From contig JAEDFM010000004.1 in NCBI GenBank assembly GCA_016292805.1, positions 4,209-68,208 on the forward strand: 64,000 bases of DNA, read 5' to 3'. Both the position numbers and the translations under genes were made by a program. The DNA is from Treponema sp. (GTDB taxonomy: Bacteria; Spirochaetota; Spirochaetia; Treponematales; Treponemataceae). Shown in pieces: positions 30,471 to 39,764 of the stretch. How positions within the stretch are numbered: position 1 is the first letter of the stretch; every line of letters begins with the position of its first letter. The notes under the pieces were generated by a model. It ran no database searches. It was not told where the DNA came from and saw only the letters and a program-made list of their open reading frames with translations.

Positions 30471-30792
30471 TTTCGTCCTCAGCTTCTGCATCACCATTTA
30501 CATATTTGGAATCTATAACTTTAAGATAGTCACGATAAAAGGCTGCTTTTTCATATTCTTCTTTTTCAATTGCTTCATCCAGTTTTAATTGAACTTCTAT
30601 TCTTGTAACTAAAGTTGAATCAAAACCTTTAACATGCTTTGGCAAGGAGCCTTTATAACTTTGATTAATTCCAAAAGATTTATAATTACGACGGATTTCT
30701 TCCTGGAAAGCATAATAACACTCAGGACATCCTATGAGTTGATTTTTAACAATTTCCTTAAAAGTGCTTCCGCACACAGGGCAAACATTCAT
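30460..30792 (-). CDS. mcsA: Short McsA-like protein (two CxxC motifs plus UVR domain)
   Basis: CPVCG, GCPECY..F, YKGSLP, EEYEKAAFYRD. Confidence 0.85.
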   Translation of the reverse strand: MNVCPVCGSTFKEIVKNQLIGCPECYYAFQEEIRRNYKSFGINQSYKGSLPKHVKGFDSTLVTRIEVQLKLDEAIEKEEYEKAAFYRDYLKVIDSKYVNGDAEAEDENGN

Positions 30793-30793
30793 A

Positions 30794-32125
30794 TTAGTTT
30801 TTCCTTAATATATCTAAAGGCTTTTCTTTACCAGCTTTTACAGATGGAATAATTGAAACTATAAGAGATAATGTTATTGTAAGTACACAAATCAATATAA
30901 TCTGACCAGCAGGTATTGTAACGGGAATGTTCTGCAAATAATAGGCAGGATCCATAAGCTTTACATAATTTTCTGCAGAAAGTTCAATTCCCCGTAAGGA
31001 ATAATTAATTCTTACAATAAAATTTAACAGTTTTTCCAGACCTTCTACCAGCTGATTTGCAAAAACGGAAATTAAAATACCGGCGGGAACCCCTAATAAA
31101 AGTCCTCCACCACCGCAGGCCACCCCTGTTAATAAAAAGCTGAAGGTTATTCCTTTGGGTGTTGCACCAATACTTTTTAGGATTGCAATTTCTTTTTTTC
31201 GTTCCATTACAAGCATAACTATGGCAGAAGCAATATTTATACTAGCCACAAGTACAATAAGCATCATTACAAAAACAAGCATAACTTTTGTTGAACTAAA
31301 GTTTTCAAATTCAGATGCATGTATTTGATCCCAGCGGTAAACATTAGCCCAACGGGTAAAATATTCTTTTACCTTTACCTGTGTACGAACCAGATTAGGA
31401 CTAAAAGCATCGTTAGTTTCACAGGCTACTGAACAGGTTACATTATTAAAGTTCAAAAATTTATATGCAGTTTCTAATGGAATAAAGCACCAGAGCTGAT
31501 CCAGCTCCTGATATCCGCTGGTTACAATTGCACAAACCTTAAATGTAGTAAGCTTTGGAATAAGTTTACCTTCTACATTTTTAGTTGTAATTATTCTAAA
31601 AGAATCCCCTGCATGAAGTCCCAGTGTTTCTGCAATTTTCTGTCCTAAGACAGCAGATTTTCCACCAGCAGCTTCGTAATCTTCCAGGGACCCTTCTGTA
31701 ACTTCAAACAGTTTATTAAAGGATTTGTTCACTCTGAAAATATCCTTTTGCACTGCACGAATAGAAATTCCTGTTCTTATATTTCTATTTAACGCAAGAG
31801 AACTGGCTTGGATTTCCGGATAAGCATTTATAACGCCGTCTATAGATTTTAACTCCTTTGATAATTCCATAAAGCTTTCAGGAGTTTGTACTGCATCGTA
31901 ATTTGAAGCTATGTATGCACCAATATGAGAAGAACTTAAACCAATAATTCTTTCGGTCATTCCGTTTATCATACCTGTAGTAATTGATACAACTACAATC
32001 AAAGGAATAACGCTGAGTGCTATACAGAGTAATGCTCCAAAAAAACTTCGCCGTGCAGAGGAACGTTTTTCAGCTTTTGGGAAAATTAAACTTTTTGCAA
32101 ACAATAGGGACGATTTAATTGTCAT
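30794..32125 (-). CDS. Lipoprotein-releasing ABC permease (LolC/E family)
   Basis: ERKKEIAILKSIGA and YYLQNIP motifs; MacB/FtsX architecture. Confidence 0.85.
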   Translation of the reverse strand: MTIKSSLLFAKSLIFPKAEKRSSARRSFFGALLCIALSVIPLIVVVSITTGMINGMTERIIGLSSSHIGAYIASNYDAVQTPESFMELSKELKSIDGVINAYPEIQASSLALNRNIRTGISIRAVQKDIFRVNKSFNKLFEVTEGSLEDYEAAGGKSAVLGQKIAETLGLHAGDSFRIITTKNVEGKLIPKLTTFKVCAIVTSGYQELDQLWCFIPLETAYKFLNFNNVTCSVACETNDAFSPNLVRTQVKVKEYFTRWANVYRWDQIHASEFENFSSTKVMLVFVMMLIVLVASINIASAIVMLVMERKKEIAILKSIGATPKGITFSFLLTGVACGGGGLLLGVPAGILISVFANQLVEGLEKLLNFIVRINYSLRGIELSAENYVKLMDPAYYLQNIPVTIPAGQIILICVLTITLSLIVSIIPSVKAGKEKPLDILRKN

Positions 32126-32795
32126 GCTTCAAAGCTCCATCCACAATTCTATAAATATCATCACCTTTTGCAGCAAGATTCATATCGTGAGTTACTAAAA
32201 GCAGAGTTTTTTTATATTTGTCTGCCATAGAAAAAAGAATATCGCCGATTAAAACTGCATTTGCAGGGTCCAGATTACCAGTAGGTTCATCTGCAAGAAT
32301 AAGTTTTGGATCATTAATCAAAGCTCTGGCTACAGCTACCCGCTGGCGTTCACCACCACTAAGCTGGGAAGGCAGATGATTCATCCTTTCACCTACTCCA
32401 ACATCCTGCAAAAGAGTCTTAGCTTTTTCTATAGCTTCCTTTTTAGAAACACCGGCTATAAGTGCTGGCATATAAACATTTTCTAAAGCTGTAAAATCTT
32501 TTAACAGATAATGGAACTGGAAGATTAAACCAAGGTATTTAGAACGATATTCAGATAAAGCTTTTTCTTTAAGCTCTGACACATTATATTCACCGGCTAC
32601 AACAGAACCTTCTGTAACAGAATCTATGCCACCAATAATATTTAGCAGGGTACTTTTCCCGCTGCCGCTTTCTCCAGCTATTACAATCTTTTTTCCTTCT
32701 GGAACTTCCAGATTACAATTTTTAAGTATTGTCAATTTTTCAGAGTCTGTAACATAAGTTTTTTCCACATTCTTAATGCTTACAATGCTATTCAT
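32115..32795 (-). CDS. lolD: Lipoprotein-releasing ABC ATPase
   Basis: [33 protein letters not shown]; flanked by LolC/E-type permeases. Confidence 0.85.
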   Translation of the reverse strand: MNSIVSIKNVEKTYVTDSEKLTILKNCNLEVPEGKKIVIAGESGSGKSTLLNIIGGIDSVTEGSVVAGEYNVSELKEKALSEYRSKYLGLIFQFHYLLKDFTALENVYMPALIAGVSKKEAIEKAKTLLQDVGVGERMNHLPSQLSGGERQRVAVARALINDPKLILADEPTGNLDPANAVLIGDILFSMADKYKKTLLLVTHDMNLAAKGDDIYRIVDGALKHDN

Positions 32796-34095
32796 TATGC
32801 AAAACCTCCGCAACGGTCATTTTTAAAACATTCTTACTTGCTGCCCAGCAGGCAAATACTGGCGAAATAAATCCAAACAAAGCAATCATAAAAACTTCAA
32901 ATCCCTGAATTCTGGCAGGTATAGAAGCATATAAAAGATAAGAAGAATTCTCTGTAAGAAACATCAGATTTCTGTGATTAAAGATTGCTGTAAATAAATA
33001 CTGAAATCCGTACATTATTTTGGCAGCACCAGTAAACACTAGATCTGTATTTGCACTAATCAATAAACCTAATAAAAGTCCAATCAATGCCCCAACAGCA
33101 CCTGTAATAATTCCACGGAATATAAATATAGCTTTAATTTCTTTAGCAGGAGCACCCAAAGCTGAAAAAATTGCAATTTCTGCTTTGCGTTCAAAAACAA
33201 GACGACGCATACCGTTGTAAATGTTTATGGCTACAACAACAAAAATAAGTGCAACTAATAACAACAGCATATTTTTTTCTATACGGAGTGCGCCAAAAAA
33301 GGCTTTGTTATAACTGCGCCAGGATTCTGGTTTAGACAGAGGGAAAGCTTTATGTACCGCATTAACAGCTGAAATATCCTGATTTACATTCTGTATTTTT
33401 AGGCCCCAGATTTTTTCTGGAGAACTTCCAAAATATTTATAACCATCTTCAATATTTATAAAAGCAAAAGTTGAATTTATTTCTGCATAACCACAGCTGA
33501 AAATTCCAGTTACAGTAAAGGTTCTGTCCTGAGAAAATAAATCTACATCGCTTGTTCCGCTTAGCATTAAAAGATTTACTGTCTGTCCTAAACGAACTCC
33601 TAAATCCTTTGCCAGCTTACTACCAATTACAATGTTACCGCTTTTAGATAAATCAAAATCTCCAAGAACAATTTTTAGTTTTGAATAAAACCCCTGGTCC
33701 ATTTTATAAATATCAGGATTTACAGCCCTGAGAATTGCAGCACCTTCAAAACCTTTTTCACTGACCATTAAAGTCTGAGCTTCCAGAAACTGACTGCAGC
33801 TTTTTATATTCTTATTTTCACTGCAAAAATCAATAAACTCTAATTCTTCACTTTCATTAATATTGTGAACTCTTACATGGTAAGAAGAAATTTCCTGAAT
33901 AGAATCTATAAAGCTTAACTGAAAGCCATTCATAACACTCATTACAACAATCAATGTCATTACACCTGCAGCAATACCAGCTGTTGCCAGTTTAGAAGTT
34001 ACGGCAGAACGGCCTTTTCGGTCTACGCGGGAAAACCTTTTTGATACTGTGGAAATCCAGATAAGCTTTTGAAGTAAAGTTCTGTGTTTATTCAT
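32788..34095 (-). CDS. Lipoprotein-releasing ABC permease (LolC/E family)
   Basis: LIVVMSVMNGF, ALRIEKNML, EIAIFSALGA motifs. Confidence 0.85.
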   Translation of the reverse strand: MNKHRTLLQKLIWISTVSKRFSRVDRKGRSAVTSKLATAGIAAGVMTLIVVMSVMNGFQLSFIDSIQEISSYHVRVHNINESEELEFIDFCSENKNIKSCSQFLEAQTLMVSEKGFEGAAILRAVNPDIYKMDQGFYSKLKIVLGDFDLSKSGNIVIGSKLAKDLGVRLGQTVNLLMLSGTSDVDLFSQDRTFTVTGIFSCGYAEINSTFAFINIEDGYKYFGSSPEKIWGLKIQNVNQDISAVNAVHKAFPLSKPESWRSYNKAFFGALRIEKNMLLLLVALIFVVVAINIYNGMRRLVFERKAEIAIFSALGAPAKEIKAIFIFRGIITGAVGALIGLLLGLLISANTDLVFTGAAKIMYGFQYLFTAIFNHRNLMFLTENSSYLLYASIPARIQGFEVFMIALFGFISPVFACWAASKNVLKMTVAEVLHNE

Positions 34096-35155
34096 AATCA
34101 CTTTCCCTTACAGTAATTCCATTTAGAGTATATATATCTTTTTTCTTAAAATTGTTTTCGTAAATTGTAGTTACAACATAGCCTTCTTCAAAGAAAATCT
34201 TTTCTGTGTAATTACCGGCAATTTCTGTATAATTTTTTGAAAGCTTTAAATCATTATTTTCGTAATACTTATAATCTGGTGGAATTTCCTGGCCGTGATT
34301 AAAAGTAAATTCCATTCTTTTATTCATTGTATTTTTAATTTTTTTGTAAGTTGAATCTGTATATTCCTGTTCCTTTACAGTCTGTAAAACAAGCCTATTT
34401 TCAGAATCATAGGAATAATGGTTTTCAGAAATTAAGACAGTTCTTCTTTTTTCAGTTTTTTCGTCATCAACACTTAGGCTTACAATTGTTTTAACTGGCT
34501 TAGAATTTTCGTTATAGGAAATTGTTGTAATTGTATTATTCTGTTCAATAACCTTCTCATAAGGAATATAAGAGCCTGGATTATATTTGTATTCCTGACT
34601 TTTAATTATTTTTGCTGATGAAATATCAGGAATAGACCACTCTTCTTTTTTTACAAAACGACTGTCAGAATCATAATAATTTCGTTCAACTTTTTTTTCA
34701 TTTACAGAAGTTAATACAGTATATTCATTTTCAACTTCTGGAATTAAAATTTCATTCTGGTAAGTATATATTTTAAGCCTACCTTTACTGTCAGTTATAG
34801 TATTTTCCTGAATCTCATTTTCATCTACAGGCTTTGCATCTTCCGGAATTTCTTCAGCCGTAACAACAGGAAGCTCTTCAGGTTCATATGCTGCCTGGGA
34901 AAAAGAGTTTGACATCTCTTCAACATTATCCTGAATTGCTTGTGCATTTAATGCAAATTGATTTTCAGATTCTGCTTCCGATAATGAAGTTTCATTTTCT
35001 GGTTCAAGGATATTCTGTTCAGAGCGTTCTATAGCTGCCTGATTATAATCAGTTAACTGACCATCATTTTGCACAGTATTCTGTTTTTTCTTACAGCCAG
35101 AAAAAATCAGTAATGAGAAAAATAATACTGAAAGTAAAAAAACTTGTTTCTTCAA
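34088..35155 (-). CDS. Hypothetical lipoprotein
   Basis: TTG start, lipobox IFSGC, acidic linker, beta-rich Tyr-containing repeats (YYDSDSRF, YSYDSENRL). Confidence 0.75.
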   Translation of the reverse strand: MKKQVFLLSVLFFSLLIFSGCKKKQNTVQNDGQLTDYNQAAIERSEQNILEPENETSLSEAESENQFALNAQAIQDNVEEMSNSFSQAAYEPEELPVVTAEEIPEDAKPVDENEIQENTITDSKGRLKIYTYQNEILIPEVENEYTVLTSVNEKKVERNYYDSDSRFVKKEEWSIPDISSAKIIKSQEYKYNPGSYIPYEKVIEQNNTITTISYNENSKPVKTIVSLSVDDEKTEKRRTVLISENHYSYDSENRLVLQTVKEQEYTDSTYKKIKNTMNKRMEFTFNHGQEIPPDYKYYENNDLKLSKNYTEIAGNYTEKIFFEEGYVVTTIYENNFKKKDIYTLNGITVRESDYE

Positions 35156-35157
35156 AA

Positions 35158-36024
35158 TTATAGACCTAAAAATTCATCAATATATTTTTCTGCATCAAAG
35201 GGTTCAATGTTTTCGTATTTTTCACCAGTACATACATAAGCAACTGGAAGACCTAATTCTTTTCCAATAGAAACTGCAACGCCACCTTTTGCAGTTGAAT
35301 CATATTTTGTCATAATGATGGCATCAACACCAACAGCCTCATTAAAAACTTCAGCCTGACGCAATGCATTCTGTCCTGTGGTTGCATCAATAACAATGAT
35401 TTTTTTATAACAGCCTTCGTCAGCTTTTGTAGCGCAGGTTCTGTCAATTTTCTGAAGTTCACGAACCAGGTTTTCCTTATTGTGAAGACGACCGGCAGTA
35501 TCTGCCAGAACAAGACCTGGACCTTTTGATTTAAGTGCTTCAGCCGCATCATATACAACTGCACTTGGGTCACTGCCATGCTGATGGCTTACAACACGCA
35601 CTCCAACTTTTTCTCCGTGCATTGCAAGCTGTTCAATGGCTGCCGCCCGGAAAGTATCTGCACTTGCCATTACAATATTTTCTAACCCCTGATTTCTAAA
35701 CATATTGGCCAGTTTGGCAACCGAGGTTGTTTTACCAACTCCATTTACCCCCAACATCATCCAAACATTTATTTTAGATAAATCAGGCTTTAATTCAATC
35801 TGTTTTACATGCTGCAAAAGTAATTCTTTTAACTTTAAGAGGATTTGATTCTGATCATCAATTTTTTCTTTGCGGCAAATCTGTTCCAGTTCATCTGCAA
35901 GAAGAAATGCAGTTTTTGCACCAACATCACCTTCTACCAGCATATCTGTCAGATTTTCAAAAAATTCTTCATCAATTTTTTTACTGAATAATGATTTAAA
36001 TTTTTCACCAAAAGATTTTTTCAT
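35158..36024 (-). CDS. ftsY: SRP receptor FtsY (NG domain only)
   Basis: GVNGVGKTT, DTFRAAAIEQL, DTAGRLH, DATTGQN, TKYDSTAKGG. Confidence 0.96.
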   Translation of the reverse strand: MKKSFGEKFKSLFSKKIDEEFFENLTDMLVEGDVGAKTAFLLADELEQICRKEKIDDQNQILLKLKELLLQHVKQIELKPDLSKINVWMMLGVNGVGKTTSVAKLANMFRNQGLENIVMASADTFRAAAIEQLAMHGEKVGVRVVSHQHGSDPSAVVYDAAEALKSKGPGLVLADTAGRLHNKENLVRELQKIDRTCATKADEGCYKKIIVIDATTGQNALRQAEVFNEAVGVDAIIMTKYDSTAKGGVAVSIGKELGLPVAYVCTGEKYENIEPFDAEKYIDEFLGL

Positions 36025-36026
36025 TT

Positions 36027-37700
36027 TTATTCCTCTACTTCAGCTGTATTAATTTCTATTGCATTTTCATCTGTTTCATTTTGATTTGAAGTATCAATTT
36101 TTATAACATCTTCGAAAATTATATCAGTTGTTTTTGCTTTCTTAGGTAAAACGGTATTTGCAGCAATAAGGTAACGAACCAATTCATAACCAAACCAGAC
36201 ACCACAACCTAAGGAAACATAATTAGTTATATATGAAGCAGTTCCCCATTTTTTTGCCCTGTTATAACTTTCATCAGTTTTTAAGATATAGTAGGCATCT
36301 GTATAATTATTGAATTTCCCTGAGCAAATGAATTTTGGAATCAAGGAAACCATAAGAGCCGAATATGAACCATACATCCACTTACGGCGCTTATCTATGT
36401 AATCTGCATTATTTTTTAGATTCTGTTTTACTTTAAGGGTTATACCAGTTTCCACATCCTTTTCGGGAATATAATAAAAACCGGAAAGACCTTCTTTGTT
36501 AACAATCTGTCCAAGAATCGTCTGACCATTGATTGTAATTTTTGAATAATTGTTTTCCAGTTTATCTACACTTTTTCCATTTGCGTAGATAGAAACTTCA
36601 GAATCATTCTGATTCAACAAATATACAAAGCTGTCATTTTCCTGTTCCAGCTGAATTTCAATTAAATATTTGTGATTTCCTAAAAAATCGTATGTAGTAG
36701 AAATTGATTTATAACCGTCTGCCTGCACCTGAAAAGAACTTATTCCAGAATGAACCCTTAAACCATCTTTTCCCAGAGTCTGAATTTCATCATTAAAATA
36801 AAATTTAACATTCTGAGCTTCTTTAGGAGATACAAAAATATTTAATTCTACAGGCATTGAATTTGTTATGGCTGGTACAAGCTTACCTGCAATACTATTT
36901 GCAATTACATCAAGTTCCCTTAAACTGCCAACTTCCATAACAGAGGCAATTCTTTTAGAACCAGGAAAAAGATAAGCATCAATATTTACACTTAGATAAT
37001 CGCCAAAGCTGGTAATTTTACCTGTAATAAGAGTATTGATTTTTGCAGAATAAACTTCTTTTTCAAAAGTATAAGAACCGATTCCTTCACTTAATGCAGC
37101 TGCACTTGGAGTAAACAGCTTTGAAACATCATCCCTATAAAAGGTAATAGTTTCCTGAGAAATAAGGGATTCATTTTTAACAAACATGTTCTTAAAAAGA
37201 TAAAGCCATTTTTTTCCTTCTGTAGAAATATCCAATGAAGAATATTTTCCGGAATCTACCATAGCTTGATTTTTTTCGGACAAAGCTTTTTCTTCAGCTT
37301 CTTCCTCTAGATTTACTCTGAGTTTTTCTTCCAGCTCCTTTATCTTTTTATCAGCTTCATTTATTTTTTTTGAAAGCTGTTTTTCGGAATAATTATTTAG
37401 AACAAGATTATCTCTTTTTTTATATTCTGCAGATAACTGCAAAAATAAAGACAGACGATTTTTCTGCAGCTCGTATTTTTTTCGCTCAAATTTTTCATCT
37501 GGAGTTACATCTCTGTTTAATGTATTACCCAGGCTGTTCAAAATAAGAGATGGCATAGAATCGCCTAATGCTTTTAAAATCTGAGAATCTGTTTTATTAG
37601 ATTCAAAATGCTGTGCACCAATAACCCAGTTTTCACTCCAAAGCGACGAACAAAACAGCATGAGAAAAATGGAAATGTAGAGTTTTAAATTACTCTTCAT
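36027..37700 (-). CDS. Exported or membrane hypothetical protein (coiled coil, PEGA-like region, C-terminal hydrophobic segments)
   Basis: Signal-like N-terminus after the Met run at 37700-37706, which overlaps the prfB 3' end. Confidence 0.7.
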   Translation of the reverse strand: MKSNLKLYISIFLMLFCSSLWSENWVIGAQHFESNKTDSQILKALGDSMPSLILNSLGNTLNRDVTPDEKFERKKYELQKNRLSLFLQLSAEYKKRDNLVLNNYSEKQLSKKINEADKKIKELEEKLRVNLEEEAEEKALSEKNQAMVDSGKYSSLDISTEGKKWLYLFKNMFVKNESLISQETITFYRDDVSKLFTPSAAALSEGIGSYTFEKEVYSAKINTLITGKITSFGDYLSVNIDAYLFPGSKRIASVMEVGSLRELDVIANSIAGKLVPAITNSMPVELNIFVSPKEAQNVKFYFNDEIQTLGKDGLRVHSGISSFQVQADGYKSISTTYDFLGNHKYLIEIQLEQENDSFVYLLNQNDSEVSIYANGKSVDKLENNYSKITINGQTILGQIVNKEGLSGFYYIPEKDVETGITLKVKQNLKNNADYIDKRRKWMYGSYSALMVSLIPKFICSGKFNNYTDAYYILKTDESYNRAKKWGTASYITNYVSLGCGVWFGYELVRYLIAANTVLPKKAKTTDIIFEDVIKIDTSNQNETDENAIEINTAEVEE

Positions 37701-38827
37701 CATCATCGTCGTCAGCACCATCCATAGGAAGACCTTTCCATTTAGCAACAAGGTAGGCATTCATAAATTCATCCAGGTCTCCATCCATAACAGCCTGAAT
37801 GTTTCCTACTGAATAACGGGTTCTAAGATCTTTTACCATTGTATATGGACAGAAAACATAAGAACGAATCTGACTGCCAAAAGAAATTTCTTTCTTTTCT
37901 GCCGCAAACTTGGAATTTTCTTTTTCCTTCTGTTCTCTGTAGTATTCGTAAAGTCTGGCTTTAAGCATGTTCATACAAGACTGTCTGTTCATAATCTGAC
38001 TGCGTTCAGACTGACAGGCAACCACAATACCTGTAGGAAGATGTGTAAAACGAACGGCAGAGTCAGTTTTATTTACATGCTGTCCACCCTTTCCACCTGC
38101 ACGGTAGGTATCTACTCGTAAATCTTCAGGTCTGATATCAACTTCAATTGTGTCATCAAGAACAGGATATACATAAACTGAAGCAAATGATGTATGTCGT
38201 CTTGCATTTGCATCAAAAGGTGAAATACGAACCAGACGATGAATACCACCTTCGCCCTTTAAATAACCGTAAACAAAATCACCTGAAACCTGAATTGTAA
38301 TTGATTTAAGGCCACCTTCGGCTTCCAGTTCATCCATTACTTCAGTTTTATAGCCATGTCGTTCAGCCCAACGCAAATACATACGGCTTAGCATATAAAC
38401 CCAGTCACAGGCTTCTGTTCCACCAGCTCCGGCGTGAACGGTAAGATAAGCGTCATTCTGATCAACTTCGCCACTTAAAAGATTGAGAATATTTAACTGT
38501 TCAAATGTTTTTTTGTTGGCATCCAGCATTGAACGAACTTCATCTTCATCTGCAGTATCACCAGACTCTGCAGCAAGCTCGTACATTGCATCTAAATCGT
38601 CCATATCAGAAAGAAGTTTTCTCCATGGATCTACTCGTTTTTTTAATTTACGAATCTGGGACATTACCTTTTCTGCGGCTTCATGATCATCCCAGAAACC
38701 AGGAGCTTCTGTAAGCTTTTCTTTTTCTTTAATTGCTTTATCTATAGCGTCCGAGTCAAAGACGCCCCCAAACGTTTTGAATTTCTGCTTTTAAGTCCTC
38801 AATAGGAATTTTTACTTCTTCTAACAT
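37690..38827 (-). CDS. prfB: Peptide chain release factor 2, with a +1 programmed ribosomal frameshift
   Basis: ORF1 ATG 38827 MLEEVKIPIEDLKAEIQNVWGRL-stop; GGGGG-CGT-CTT-TGA-C at 38755-38769; +1 frame continues DSDAIDKA... into RF2 with SPF and GGQ motifs. Confidence 0.96.
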
Positions 38828-38897
38828 ACCCTAAAGATAACAAGAAAATGCAAATTTTACAATTGATTTTCTATATAGCAAAATTTATAATATTTAT
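38828..38897. promoter_or_regulatory. Back-to-back divergent sigma70 promoters, both with leaderless geometry
   Basis: Minus: TTGTAA-17-(TGt)TATCTT-6-ATG (prfB). Plus: TTGATT-17-TATAAT-6-ATG (38898). Confidence 0.65.
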
Positions 38898-39764
38898 ATG
38901 AAGAAATTAATTACTTTATTTACCGCAATTTTTATAACAACTACTCTTTTTGCTCAGCGACCTATTGTGCAGGATATTCAGGCTGTTGCAGGTAAAGGTA
39001 GAACAATTAATGTAAACTGGACACTTCCAGAAAATCCTGATGAACCTATTACAGAGCTTCAGATTTATAAAAGTGACCGTCAGATTTCTTCATACGAACA
39101 GATTGAAAAACTGCAGCCAATTGCTTATGTTTCTCCATCTACAACAAACTATCAGGATACAGCAAACGATTTTAAAGATTATTATTATGCTGTAATAGCT
39201 GTTACTTCAAAGCCTTGCACCATATTGATTGCAAGTGTAAATGCTACAGTAAACGGTGCCCATCTTATACCTAAAAAAAATGCTTCAAAGGTTCCACAAA
39301 AGAAGATAGAAGAAAAGCTTTATACAGATGGACAGATTCGGGAAACTCCACTTCCATTTGTAAGCTTTGTAGATGGAATGAATCAGGAAGATATTATTAC
39401 ACCAGAAACTGCTGAAGCTGTAAAAAGTCTTTCCTTCACAAAAGAAAAAAAGAACTCTTTATTACGCCCTTATATTTTTGAAGAAGATTTAGTATCTCCA
39501 GATGGGGGAGATGATTATTTATTATTTGATATTCTTAAAAATTATTTTGCTCCAAAAAAATATTCTGAAGCTATTATTCAGCTGGAAAAATTAATTGGAA
39601 CAAACATCAGTCAAAAGACACGCAACAGAGCTTATTTCTATATTGGTGAATCTGAATACTTTATTGAAGATTACAATAAGGCAATTATGTACTTTGTAAA
39701 GGTAGAAAGCATTTACCCTATCCAGGCAAAACGCTGGATAGATTCTTCTTTAGATCAGCTTTAG
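38898..39764 (+). CDS. Exported protein with an FN3-like N-terminal domain and C-terminal TPR-like helices
   Basis: Signal peptide; INVNWTLP...YYYAVIA; RAYFYIGESEY. Confidence 0.7.
   Translation: MKKLITLFTAIFITTTLFAQRPIVQDIQAVAGKGRTINVNWTLPENPDEPITELQIYKSDRQISSYEQIEKLQPIAYVSPSTTNYQDTANDFKDYYYAVIAVTSKPCTILIASVNATVNGAHLIPKKNASKVPQKKIEEKLYTDGQIRETPLPFVSFVDGMNQEDIITPETAEAVKSLSFTKEKKNSLLRPYIFEEDLVSPDGGDDYLLFDILKNYFAPKKYSEAIIQLEKLIGTNISQKTRNRAYFYIGESEYFIEDYNKAIMYFVKVESIYPIQAKRWIDSSLDQL

Noticed and set aside
34088..35155. RHS/YD-repeat toxin
   Set aside because: Only a few YD-like motifs, no RHS core or toxin/immunity pair, and it lies between ftsY and lolC
38756..38827. prfB as a pseudogene or sequencing error
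   Set aside because: The break is the canonical SD-like plus CTT TGA C programmed frameshift
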